This document shows positions 48,601 to 61,094 of a stretch of 64,000 nucleotides of DNA, piece after piece (positions within the stretch are counted from its first letter, which is position 1; the number at the start of each line of letters is the position of its first letter). The stretch covers positions 1,839,874 to 1,903,873 of the forward strand of contig BDGG01000009.1 in NCBI GenBank assembly GCA_001949185.1, read 5' to 3'. This stretch comes from Ramazzottius varieornatus (Eukaryota; Animalia; Tardigrada). The position numbers and the translations under genes were made by a program. Under the pieces are notes generated by a model that made no database searches, was not told where the DNA came from, and saw nothing but the letters and a program-made list of their open reading frames with translations.

Positions 48601-48988
48601 TGGATCGAGCGAGCGAGCGAGCGAACTTACACTATCCTTGAAGCCAGCGAAACGGTACATAGGGCCACTTTTGGTGAATATCTTCAAGCCATACGATCCG
48701 GCTATCCGCATCCAGATGGTCTTCTCCCACTCCGACGGAGGTACGATTATGCTTTTGCCTGTCTTGGAGTTACGGAAAACAAGTCCCTGATTGTTCAGCG
48801 AAAGTCTTCCGGGTACCTGCATGCATACAAAGTCAACATACGGCACTAGCACTGTAAACCAATACAGGTACCGCTTCGTTGGTTAGTAGACGGACGAAAT
48901 GTCTATGATGATCGCCGAAAGACAAACGTACCAAAACTCCCCGCGTTTCCACTGATGCACCAGAAAATTCCATGTTGTCGAGATTCAT
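45614..48988 (-). CDS. SSRP1: FACT complex subunit SSRP1
   Basis: [62 protein letters not shown], and HMG box DPDMPKRPLSAYMYWL. Confidence 0.97.
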
Positions 48989-50141
48989 CTTCAGGCAGTC
49001 TGTCGCATGGAAGGTCGGAATTAGTCGACGTTGAGTGAACAACGCAAGGCCAGACGGTCAGCAATAACCCTATCCTCTAACTCCTCTTCGCTGTCCCACC
49101 AGAACCCAGACGTACGCCCAGCAAATATGCTTCAGCTCCCTGAACAGTTACGAGCAGTATCAGCTTCTAAAGGATAGTGGCAGAGTCAGTAAGAAAACTT
49201 CCACCAGTAGATCCGATACAGAGTTCCAGACTTTAGATAAATCGCGGAGGAATTGATCACAACAGTGCTGGCCGTCAAAGAGGTCACACATTTCTGAAGT
49301 GATCTGAAAATTCACCCTAATTCTCCCGGGGTGACTAGAGGTTTGGATAGTCGCAAACTTCGTATTACAGTCCTACCTGTGAGATGTAAATCATGTGATA
49401 ATTGCTTCTTCTGCAAGTGAATGCATCCAAAGTATTTTGCCACCGAATCGGCACTTTATGACATCAGATTGTTTGAAAGGTTGAACTGTACCGCAGGCTC
49501 ATTTTGCCGTACTTTGCCGTGGTAACGAAGCCAGAACGAGTGGCTGAAAGATTTGACAACACCTTTCGAAAATCTCAGGGGTGTTAAGAGCCTATCTCAA
49601 CACGAGCAATGCGCACTAGCGAGCACTTCCGGTGCACGTCGTCTCTGCGCTGTCAGTGTATGGTTAATTGATTAGAATTACTGCGCACAGCCCATACAAC
49701 CGATCCGCGGGCTGATTATGCAGTAAACGGGAATTCGGTACTTCTACCTTGTTCTTCCTAACTTTCTAACCTGTGGTCAAAACTTTTAACATGGATTATC
49801 GTAGCATGACTTCCCACAACTTATTTGCCATTACAGGATTTTGCGTTTTCGGAAATGGTCTACAGTGCTGAAAAATGAAAATGCAATTCTTTCGGTGGTC
49901 ACGGGACGTGAGTTACCATTGATTAATGTTGTCAGACCACGTGACCGCCGGAAGGATTCAAAGGAATGCATTGTCACCACTGTATTAGAAATCGAAAAGA
50001 GTGAATCACCCGTCCATCGCTGATTCGCTGTTCAAAAACTCTTAACACCAACTTACAAAAACCCTTAAGGTGGATCACCCCTGGACATTTTGACCCGAGG
50101 GCCGAAAATGCCGCTTCGTTAGTGGATAGGGGCGAGCTTGA

Positions 50142-50150
50142 CCTCTTTCC
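50142..50150 (+). promoter_or_regulatory. Putative TCT/TOP-type initiator of EIF3A
   Basis: CCTCTTTCC followed about 15 nt later by a splice-donor-like GG|GTAACT. Upstream of a translation-factor gene. Confidence 0.45.
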
Positions 50151-50466
50151 GGGTCGTCGAAGGGTAACTATTGGGACATGCTGCTTACAAACACGCCTTG
50201 CGGTACCGAGATAGCAGGCCGACTCATGGTACCAACGAAGCTATCCGTAAACTAATGCTCGTATCGGAATCTGCTCGCGTAGTCGCTGTGCTAACGTTTC
50301 CGTATTGCCGATCCAAAAGTTCCAGACTCTAGATCTTCGTGAGAATCCAGCTTGCGGCAGATCAACCGTATCACCTCACCATCGTCATCCAGTCTGGGAG
50401 TACCAAGCCCTGTTATCGGTATTGAGTGTGAGTTATTGGAGAAAAGGACTGATAGCTGCCTCAACC

Positions 50467-53400
50467 ATGCCCGTCTACATGAACAAGCCAGAGTTCGCTT
50501 TGAAAAGAGCTGAAGGTCAGTCTCACTCATCAGCCATATGTTGCCAACATGAAGATTGACAAGTGAGCCCTTCATTGTTTCGTTTAGAATTCCTGGATGT
50601 CGGTAAGAAGTCGCGCGCTCTGGAGGCGCTGACCGAAGCCATCAAGAATAGGAAGCACCGAATATGGCAAAAGTCTCACGAGGATATTATGCGCAAGTTC
50701 ATCCACCTCTGTGTCGAACTGAAGCAGTCGCAAACCGCCAAAGAAGGTCTGCATCAGTACAAGAATCTGACTGCCAATGTCAATCCCAAGTCCCTGGAGG
50801 ATATCGTTCGATACTACTTGAAGCTAAGCGAGACAAAGTGCGACGAAGCTCGAGAGAAGGCCAACGTTCAAGCCGCGGCAGCTCCCAGTACGAATGTTGT
50901 CGACGTGGACGATTTGGACCTGGCCGAATCACCTGAAGGGTATGTGGACGAAACTTTGCCTGCTGCTCTGATCTGCCTAACCAGTGTGTACCGTTTGTTT
51001 CAGCATGCTGCTGAAAGTGGTGAGTACAGATACGTCTCAGGATCGAGCTGACCGAGTGGTGCTGCTTCCGTGGGTACGCTTCAACTGGGAAGCCTATCGT
51101 CACTGTCTGGACCTGCTGCGAAACTTGTCCAAGTTGGAAAGTTTGTACCACGATATCGCTTCACAAGCCTTCAAGTTCTGCTTGAAGTATGGCCGAAAGA
51201 CTGAGCTTCGCAAGCTTTGTGAAATGGTAAGACCATCATGCACATGTCGACTTCGTCTTATACACTCGTCTATGAGACTGTCAAAATCCGCCGCAAATTA
51301 CAAAATTATTATTATCACCCTTGTCCGCTTCCAGTTTTATGGTTGTACAGTAACAAGTTTTCCTCAAGGACTGTTGTATCACCTGTATGGTTTCGTGAAC
51401 GAGGCTTCGGTAGGTTGTTGGATATGATTGTTGTCTGTTGATAGTTGCGCAACCATATTGGACAAATTTCCAAGCGAGAAGTAGTGACACCCAATGCAAT
51501 CAACCTCAACAATCCGGAAACCCAAGAACTAAACCTGCGTACCAGATTGGTCCAACTGGACCATGCTATCGCAATGGAAATGTGGCAGGTGACTGGAGCC
51601 TTCGTATGCCTTGCCGGGACAGGTGGCACGTCGCTTACCGTGTTTTGATCAGTTGCTTCTTTCCTAGGAAGCTTTTCGAGCCATCGAGGATGTTCACGGA
51701 TTGATGTCGATGCTGAAGAAAGTACCGAAAGCTGCTCTGAAAGCCAACTACTTTGAGAAGTTGGCTCTGGTCTTCTTGCGTGCCGGTAACGCTGTCTTCC
51801 ACGCAGCAGCCCAACAGCAACTCTTCATCCTGTACCGTGGCTTCCGCAAGGAACAGAACCCGGAAGAACTGCGACGGTATGCTAATTCTCTCAAGGCGCG
51901 AAACAACTTGGCTCGGTCAATGGCACTGAACTGGGACCCCAGCGAACAAGGTCGAGGAGATCCTTGTCCAGGTGGCGCACGCTGGTAGCCTTTATGGATT
52001 ATAAGCATGCGCCACTGGAGCAAACGACCTTGCGGAGCTGCTTTGCTAAGCTGGCAAATGTGATTAGGACAGTAGATAGGCCATGATAGTTACAGGGCGG
52101 AGTTTTGCTAACGCGCCTTGCTGATTTTCCAGACTGGCCGTCTCTGTTCTGTTCGCTACGTTGGCTGTCCCTCTTCAGCCACCTCGAACGCAGCTGGAAT
52201 CATTGCTGGAGTACGACGACACGGCTGCATCCAAGATGAAGCAGCTGACTCTTTTGGTTGGATACAGCCAACCGCCCACGCGAAGCAAACTGGTGGAAGA
52301 TTTGGTAAGAGAGGCAGGCTCACTTTACATGACGAAGGCCAGCTGATGTGTCTTGTTCTTGTGGCAGCAAAAGCATGGGATCCTGCAGTATGTTCGACCA
52401 GAACTGCAGGCTTTGTACCAGCACCTCGAAGTCTCCTTCGATCCCCTGCATATGGGGCCCGTCATTGCCGACATCCTGACACTGGTCAACAACACGGACG
52501 AACTGGCTTCTGTTCGACATTATATCAGTGTCATTGAGCAGGTAGCCGTCGGAAAACATCTACGGCAGGTTAGTAAGAGGACAATAATGCAACTGAGTAG
52601 GAGATATGGAACTACAGTCCACGCGCTCGAAATGTGTACTACAGACGGTTGCCATTTCCAAACACCAATACCAATCATATTTGATCACCTTTCTCGTCAT
52701 GCCCACACAGCCTAATATCTGCGGCTAGATTACTGTGTAATGCATGTATCATGTAATTTTGGCCTGTAGCTTGGCATGCTGCCTGGTGAAGATTTAGCAG
52801 GCCCCAAATACTGGGTCAACATCAACTGGAACCGAAAACTTTTGTAATAGACATTTCGAGGGAGTGGACTGTGTTTCAGCTTCCTGATGCAGCTAGCCGG
52901 TACAGTAGGAAGTTTATGATTTCAGTTGTCGCAAGTATACGATTCGGTGGAGATTGATCGCGTCATCCAGATGATGCCCTACACCAACTGGCATACCATC
53001 GAACGAGTGGCCATCGAGACGGCGCGAAACACAGACTTGGAGGTAGGAGATGAGCTGCCTTGTGAATGGTCTAGATATGCTGCCTGCCATGATTTGTTGA
53101 TAGGTGCGCATTGACCATCGACGACCGGGACTGTTCAAGTTCGGCAGCGAAGTCTCCCTCGCACCGTACGAGACAGCGGCTGCAGGAACTTCGGAGGCTG
53201 GCCAGTCGCAAATTCCTGCTGACCGAGTCCGAAGTCAGTTGGTCATGCTGCTGACTGGTTTGACACGTGTCAGTCGCGAAGTCAAGGAGCAGCAAGACCA
53301 GGTATATCTTCCCATTTCACCACGTATTATTTCTCGCTGTGCTTGTTTCGCTTTGAGACATTTCTGAGCTAGCTGCACACAACGACCGTACACTGTACTC

Positions 53401-55959
53401 TACGTACCCTTTACGCGGGTATGCAGGTACATGACGAGGTGTTGGTCCCTTACCTGCATACTGTCGCAATTTGCTGTATCTGGACGGTTTGTTGTTGTTG
53501 CACGTAGGCGACGCCTTGAATGTGTGCTGCTTGTCATCGCTTGACACTGTGTACTGGGTCATATGTTCAACTTGCTGGTTTCAGGTCGACGAGAAGGAGC
53601 TGCGCAAGCACTTGTTCGACCTTTACCGGAAGAATGCCATGCGTGATCTTCTGAGTAACTTGACTCGCCCCCACAAGTCCGATTCGCGACAGAAAAGTCT
53701 GGAAGACCGCGAGCGGGAACGCGAACAGCAAGCTAAGGCTGCCAAGAAAAACAAGGACAAAGAGTCGGCTGCCGCTGAAGCGCAACGTATGCAGCGAGAC
53801 ACCAAACAGTTCGAAGAACAACGCAACAAACTGCGAGAAAAGGAGCTGGAGAAGCAAGTCATCAAGGAGAAGATCGAAAAGATGAAACAGACCGAGTTTG
53901 GCATGCGCGTTCTGAAAGAACTGGAGGTCAGTGACAGGTCTAGGTGATGTTTAGGTCAAATAAGAAGGGAAAGTAAAGGTAGAAAGCCGCCTAGAAAGCT
54001 CGGCCTGATCCTTGTCGCAGATGACGCAGGCTTCCAGCCGGTATCGTTGAGAGCATGCGCCACTTGGTAAAAGAATCTTGTCAAGTTGCTTTACCTTTGA
54101 GGCAGCTGCAAGTGCAGCTCATTGAGACGTTTGTGCGCTGCTCTTCGTACAGTTGATCCCATGCCGCCCTTATACGTGCCGTAGAATGAAGTGCTGGATT
54201 TTTTAGGACTGGGAAAATGTGGACGTGAAAGAGCTGGATCGGCTGGAACAGCGTCATCGAGAAGAGATGCGCCGCGAAGAGGAAGAGAATAATCAGCGAC
54301 TGAAGATTCAGGAGAAGAAGATCGATCATATCGTTCGGGCCAAGCATCTTGAGGAAGTGGAACTGCGACGACAGGATAACGAGGCCATGATTCAGAGCTT
54401 TTACGACATCTTCAACCGCGACGAAGACCGCAGAGTAAGTTATCCATATCGACGAGTTGGGCCGTTGGCAAATGAGTTGACGCTAGGCGGAGTGGCAGAC
54501 ACTTCCATTGTTGGTGACGGAAAAGTGCGCCACTTCGGAGGACTGAGGTCATTTGCCGACGTCGCCTTTCTGCCTTGGCTTTGGAAGGGGTTGGCGCATG
54601 TGTTGGGACTTGTGTCATTACAGATTCAACTGCTGAAGGATGATCGCGAGTTCTTGCTGAAGAAGCGCGACAAGATGATGGGCATGAAAGAAGACTACCA
54701 CAAGTTCATGCAAGAGCTGCAACAGCGCAAGCAGCAGTCCTACACGGAGAAAAAGGCGGCATGGGATCAACTGTACGAAGAGCAGCGCACCAAACGTCTC
54801 AATGATCGTCGCAAGAAGCGGGAAGAAGATCGCCGTGAGGCTTTCGAACGGCAACAGCAAGAAGAAGCGGAACAACGCCAAATGGAGGAAGCTCGAATTC
54901 GTACGTACCGCTCAATATCTGTATCTCTCTCTGGTCAAATATGGTTGGAAATTTAGGGCTTGAAGAGGAGACTGCTCGGAAGAGAGCCGAACAGGAAGCT
55001 CATCAGCGAAAGCTGGACGAGATGGCGCGCAAGCAGCAGGAGCGAATTCGAGAGATTGAGGAACGAGAGGAACGAGAACGCCAGGAACGAAGCACCCACC
55101 TCAACACAGCTCAACCGTATGTTACTGACCAGAACTTGCTTCTGCATGACAATTCAGTTGGTCTTGAAATAATCCTGCTAGGCGATTGGGACGTCGGCAA
55201 ATGATTTGGCCCAGATCGTTGTCTCAAGTGGCAAACGTCCGCAAACGTTGTCTCAAGTGGCGGACGTTTGGTTTGTTACTGGCTGAGAGCGTGCGCTACT
55301 TGGAAAAGCGACCTGGGTGAAATCGTTCTGGTCTAAAGACGTGGGTTGCGAGGAGGCATTATCCTGACTGTCTCTGTCTTTACAGTACTCAACGTGAACG
55401 TGAGGCCGAGCGTGAAGAGCGTCGTCAGACGGCTGTAGCTCCACCGCCTCCTACTCCGGGCAAGTACATCCCGCCTAGCCAACGTGGTGGAGGTGTGGCT
55501 GCAGCCGCTTCTGCGCCTTCCGCAGCGCTAAGTCAGCCGCGTGAACCGATGGTCATTACGCTCAATCGAGCAAGTGGGGAAAATGTCCTCGCTCCCTCAG
55601 GTTTGTGCTGGCGCTTTTCTTTCCCCTGTGGCTTGATGGATGAACATACGTCTTTGTCTTTTCAGTTGTCAATCTGGGCAATGTCAACGACCTTCGTAGA
55701 GATCGGGAGCAGGGTGAGTTTGTCCTCTTCTGTACGCCGATGATAAATGTTGGCTGCCCTTTTTGACAGCTTGGCCTTTCTAGGTCATGGACATCGACCC
55801 TCGGACGGACAGAGAGATCGTGACTTTGGCCAGCGTGGAATGGACGGTGGACCCGCAGGTAGCTTCGGTCGTCCGCGTGACACACGAGGAGACATGAACC
55901 GCGGACCAGACATCAGGAAACCGGCTGGTGGAGAAGCCGTGCCCGACAAGTGGCGCTAA
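50467..55959 (+). CDS. EIF3A: Eukaryotic translation initiation factor 3 subunit A
   Basis: [67 protein letters not shown]; PCI domain and a charged coiled-coil C-terminus. Confidence 0.97.
52615..52871. mobile_element. Intronic Tc1/mariner-like MITE in EIF3A
   Basis: TA|CAGTCCACGCGCTCGAAATGTGTACTACA ... TGTAATAGACATTTCGAGGGAGTGGACTG|TG: ~29-bp imperfect TIR with CAGT termini. Confidence 0.7.
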
Positions 55960-56280
55960 ACATCATCACCATCAGTATGCCCTAATATTCGCCATTCATT
56001 TCCTTCATCGCCCTTCAATTTTCTTCAGCTTGTCGTCCATTTCTTCGACTATTACTATATACACTTTCCTTCTTTTAAATCAAAATTATTTGTCTTGGCT
56101 TACTATCTGTTTCCTCTGTGTTTCTTTCGTCAATATCTGGCTACTACCTATATGAAAAATCAACAACGAAAACAGATGGTTCAAAGTTCAAACTAGTAAA
56201 GAAAACAGTTTAGTATGACACAAAAAAGCAAGTAGGAACTGAGGGCCAGCTAGAGAGAGAATTTGCAGGTCAAGAAGAAA

Positions 56281-58393
56281 CTACCTCACGACTGATACAG
56301 GGTGTGTCACGGGATTGAGCTCTTCGAGCTCTTCCGGGTTCTTTTTCGAACCATTCTCAAGTGCTATATTATCTACAGGAGACTTCGTTTTGAGCTTGAC
56401 GGATATCCACTGGTCCGGCATAACCATGAAGATGAAGGCTAGTGCTACGATAGCCACACCGGCAATCTGCAAGTCACTCAGACTAATTTGCCGCACTATC
56501 GCATCGATACCTGAAATTACACAAGACAAATGCAAAAGTGATGACAGATGCTACGATGAAAAGCCCGGAAATATGAGGGCATGGCAAACCAACTCCATAT
56601 TGTTTTCTCTAGTGACGCACTGTTTCAGTGACTTTGGCTGGAAGCGTGCGCCATCTGGGAAACGGTCTGGTCGAGCTTGTTTATCTGGCTCGCATATGCC
56701 AAAGATATCTTTGAAGGCTCGACTTACCGGTGCTTAGAGCGACAATGGCAACTTCTGCCACCGACATGAAGAACGGATTAGATAAGGCCAGTCCATATGC
56801 GTAAGAGACTGAGCTTACTGCAAAATGAGAAGAAAACATAAATAACAAGGTGATTTTGCGTACAATGTTCTTTTGTGCAGAAATGGACTAAAGGCTGTGT
56901 ACGTACTAAAGGCAAAACACCAGGAAATAAACATTATGCCCCAAGGCATCTTCGCGAACTCCCATCTCTCGTAGCCAACGGCGTTAATTATCAGCGGGAC
57001 AGGAAGGTACATAATGCAGATGAAGATGGACATGATGGACATGATCAGTGAGACTTGAATGAAGTCAGCCTGCTTGAACGCCTGCTTGAAAGTCAGCTGG
57101 TGGAGGGAGTAGAAGATGGCTGCTCCCAGACCACAGAACACACCCAGGTACACATTGGCCCCGGCGAAGCTCGTCGTCGAGAATGCCAGGGGAAGCTCCG
57201 TCGCGTTCACGACGGTTTCGTGTGATACGAAAGCTTCTCCGATTGGATCGGCTTGCGTGTCCGTAGACTTCTCCGCGGCGTACTTTGCTGTCGTGGAGGC
57301 GTATGAGATCAAACCAATGCCAACGAAGGCAACAATGACAAAAATCCCCTGAAGAAGAAAAAAAGCCCGAATGTCAGCCGGAGGCGAAGGGTTTCGTCTG
57401 AAATGGGACGTGGGCAATGAATTGAACCTGATGGTTTCCTAAGTGGCGCACACCGTCAGCTAATAATACTGACAGCGTGCGCGACTTGAGATAGCGATGT
57501 TGTGGTCGCGCACTGTTCCGGCTAGCAAAAATGGAAACGTGCGCCACTTGGGACAACGATCTTGTTCCTTTCGTCTGCCAACCTCCCAATTGTGGAAGTA
57601 CCTACCTTAATTAACAACATCTTATTCTTCAGGACCAGCCATGAAAGAAGGTAGGAGAAAGCGATAGTGCCAGCGCACAAGGCGGTAACGATGGAAGCCG
57701 GCGCATGGACCAAGCCGACGATCCAGCCTATCTGCATGAGCAACATAGTGATAGACATGGGGAAGAACTTCCACAGGATGATGCGCACTCCCACGCGACC
57801 TTGGCCCTCATCGACCCGCAGAGCCTTGGTGCAGTGTCTGTAAATAACACAGCAAACAGATCGAGGTACTGATCGAATTACCGTATAACAAATGGAATTA
57901 CCGCCACTGATCTCTCACAGCCACGGGATGACGCTGACATAGGCGAATGAGAGACTGTATGAGGAGCGCGAAAGGGAAGGCCAGCATGCGCATGGCGATC
58001 TTACACCAGATAAAGAGAAAAGGCGCTTTGTAGGGTTTGTACTGGACATCGTTGAAGGCCGAACTGGTCAGCTGAGAGGAAGTGACGACCAGCGTTATGT
58101 AGACGAGAAGCAGAAGTAAGGCTAGCAGCCAGTTCTTGTGAGCTTGTGCGGCGGAGATGGCGCCTTCGCCTTCCGGTGGCGCGGCCGGCACCACATTCAC
58201 CTTGTCTTCCTCCTCTGCAAGGTTAGTCTACATTTTACAGCATCGATTTTCAACCAGGGAAGATTACACGGATTTTTAACTCACCGTCGGACAAATCAGT
58301 GGCGATTTGGTCCAGATGGGTTGCCGAGCTCGGTGTTATTAAAATTTTGGGGAGAGCCGGCTGCTTGAGGAATTTGGCCGATTCTTCCTTCAT
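56281..58393 (-). CDS. SLC35F3/F4-like EamA/DMT-superfamily membrane transporter, paralog 2
   Basis: NWLLALLL..SSQL..YKAPFLF..K, QIGWIVGL, GLALSNPFFMSVAEV. Exon layout similar to 16524-18352. Confidence 0.78.
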
Positions 58394-58780
58394 CTTTCTT
58401 GAAGCAGGATGTCCAAGGTCGTATACTGTTCAGGAGCTACTTCGACTGCTGGAACCTGGATGAAAGGGATGTGGAAGGTAGGAGGGAAGACTGACTCCGC
58501 AATAGGGGAATTAGCGCCTGGTTCGAATCCACAACAAATAGTTCAATGATATGCCGGGAAGGCGCTAATGCTCCGCGATCATCCTGATGTACCCGAAGGA
58601 GAGAATGATAGCCCATTAAACACTGATAGCACGGGAGTGATTGGACGGCGTTATGGATGAACTACTTTGTGAAGTTACCTGTTTAATGGACTGGATCACT
58701 TTTATGGATAATACGGAATATCAAATAATGCTAACAAAAATTTATTTTACATGGTAGTTCACCAAAGCAATTGCGAATGT

Positions 58781-58959
58781 TTGAGTGATTGCGGAAACCC
58801 GTCAGGAACGAGACGTCAGGATCAGGAAGTTTATTCAAAAAAACGACAATATTGGCAAGTGATTCATTTGATTCTGTGCCAATGTTGTTGTTTTCTGGAA
58901 TGAACTTCCTGATCCTGATCTTAACGCCTCGTCCCTGACAGGTTTCCGCAATCCCTCAA
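58781..58959. repeat. Foldback/hairpin MITE-like element
   Basis: ~80-bp arms (TTGAG.GATTGCGGAAACC.GTCAGG.ACGAG..TCAGGATCAGGAAGTT.ATTC..) around a short loop. Confidence 0.8.
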
Positions 58960-58996
58960 TTGTGAATACGACAGACGTCATTATTCATTAGGGTGT

Positions 58997-59853
58997 TGTA
59001 GTGGTCTCATTCACAGCACTTTTACGATTCACAGCCACACGCCCCCTGGTTTTTAACTGGTAACTGCGTCTCACGATGCCACGCCCATCTCCAACGTGGT
59101 TCCTGTCCGGATCACAGCGATGAGTTGATTGTCTTGATTGGCCAAAATGTCGTCAAAACTGGCAAAACGAGCTTGTGACTTACAAACTGAAGTTTCCTCG
59201 TGCATGTTTCCTGTTGCTCCGTATAATCCTCATGACGATCATTTGTTCAGTATCGCAAAAATAAGTTCTTGTAGCGATTTTCAGGGTTTGCATGAACAAG
59301 CTGAACCATTACTGGTACATACGAAAAAATTGTTTACATGCATGAACTATTGCTTGATCGATTTCTGACAAGGTTGAGACTACCTGGGCGAACCTCATTT
59401 TCAGATGCCACTAGCTCTGTTTCATTTGTCCTCTTGGGTGCTGAACTTGGTTGCTGAGACCCACTTATCAGGCAGATACCACCGCTATTCTTAGAGGACT
59501 TTAACCTTGGAGTCGGCTTACCTTGCAATGCCTCTGTGCCAGTGTTCTGCGAGTTTGCAGAGACACTTGTAATGCATTTCTTAAGTAAATCTGGGTTTTG
59601 TGAAGAACCTGAACCTTGAAAGTGGTTCCTAGGACCTAGGTTGTCATTTCGAAAAGCGGATTAGGTTCTAGGAACTAGTCGTTTTGCCGGTTTTGAAACA
59701 GATTTTGGCCAATTAAGACAATCAACTCATCGCTGTGATCCTGACAGGAACCACCTTGGAAATAGGCGTGGCATCGTGATACGGGGTTACCAGTTAAAAA
59801 CCAGGGGGCGTGTAGCTGTGAATCGTAAAAGTGCTGTGAATGAGACCACTACA
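58997..59853. mobile_element. Non-autonomous long-TIR element with TGT..ACA ends and 5-bp TSD (Ginger2/TDD-like by termini)
   Basis: ~152-bp TIRs at 58997-59148 and 59702-59853. TSD GGTGT at 58992-58996 and 59854-59858. Confidence 0.85.
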
Positions 59854-60043
59854 GGTGTCAGTGCGCCGAGAGCGGTCTAAAACCAAACAGTTGACACAGA
59901 GCTCAGACTGTGGAGAGTACGTCATTGCGAGGCACCTGGTAAAAACCGTGGTCTTTTGATCTTCTTCAGACATTTTCAGGAACTTTTCCTCCGCACCATT
60001 TTGCGCCTGACAGGCTGATGTTGTGTTTTGGGTGTTGGCAGAC

Positions 60044-60484
60044 TAGAGCACTGGACCGCAGGTTCAAATTACGCAGCAACTGTGCTGCGCACGCTACCAG
60101 GTCGCTGTATGCTGCGCTGTGCTGCACAACTTTCATGCGCAGTGGCTTGGCAGCTGCGCTGCAGATGCACATGGACCTGTTGCAACTGCGCTGCACGCTG
60201 ATGTACTGACTTTTGTTTTGGTATTGTCGGCAAAATGGGTAATCTACCGGGAAAACTTGGCCATACGGTACGGCAAAACTCAGATGCCTGGAACTCGAAT
60301 GCCCAAAAGTACCAATTTTTGTTAAGTGTTGGTCCGTGGATCTGCGCGGCAGTCTTCGGCTACCTGTTGCATGCTGTGCTGTGCTGCACAAATTTCGTCG
60401 ATTTCCGTACTGTAACTGTGCTGCAACTGTGCTGCAGCACAGCTGCAGTACAGTGTAGTGCATGCGGCCAGATTCCGTGCTCTA
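60044..60484. mobile_element. hAT-type MITE with (G)CTGC-rich subterminal repeats
   Basis: TAGAGCAC ... GTGCTCTA termini. Perfect 8-bp TSD TGGCAGAC at 60036-60043 and 60485-60492. Confidence 0.9.
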
Positions 60485-61094
60485 TGGCAGACTGCGATAC
60501 TTACGGCATGCTTATGACATGGTTGTAGCCTGAGGGCTTGTGGGGTCTGTTTGTCGGATACTACAGTCTACAGCGTTGGCGCGGCAGGACACTTCATCGT
60601 AAAGCTAGCTGGTTGGTGATCTCAAGGTTGCTACCGTTTAGCCTGCCCATGTCGACCTTCTGAATTTCACGAAGGAGCTCGACGAGAAGATGTGCTTGCT
60701 GTCAGTCCACCGGATCACTGTCGACCAGGCATATCGGGGATAAAAATCGCTCTGACGCGAAAGACAAGGAGCATCCATCTAGATCGATCGACGCGAACTG
60801 GCTTCCTCCTCACGACGATCGTCTTCCCATATGTCCGTCTTGACTTGGCTGTATTTTGCTGTAGCACCAAAGGTATATTAATCCATGCCGGCCTGCTATA
60901 TCGCCAAACGCATATACTTATGTCGCGTATATTTATCGCATACTGATTGCATACTCATTGACGTCTGACTAGTAATCTATCTTCTCCAGGAACACATCAC
61001 ATGTACACTACATAAGAACGCCTATCCCATCTTTGTTCTCTGAGGAGAACCCGGAATATCGTCCTCCGAGTTACTGATAACACACTGGGCCAAG

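Noticed and set aside
48607-48624. (GAGC)n microsatellite in an SSRP1 intron
   Set aside because: Short and unremarkable.
58520-58530. Perfect B-box/T-loop GGTTCGAATCC suggesting a tRNA
   Set aside because: No cloverleaf stems or convincing A-box nearby. At most an isolated TFIIIC-like site.
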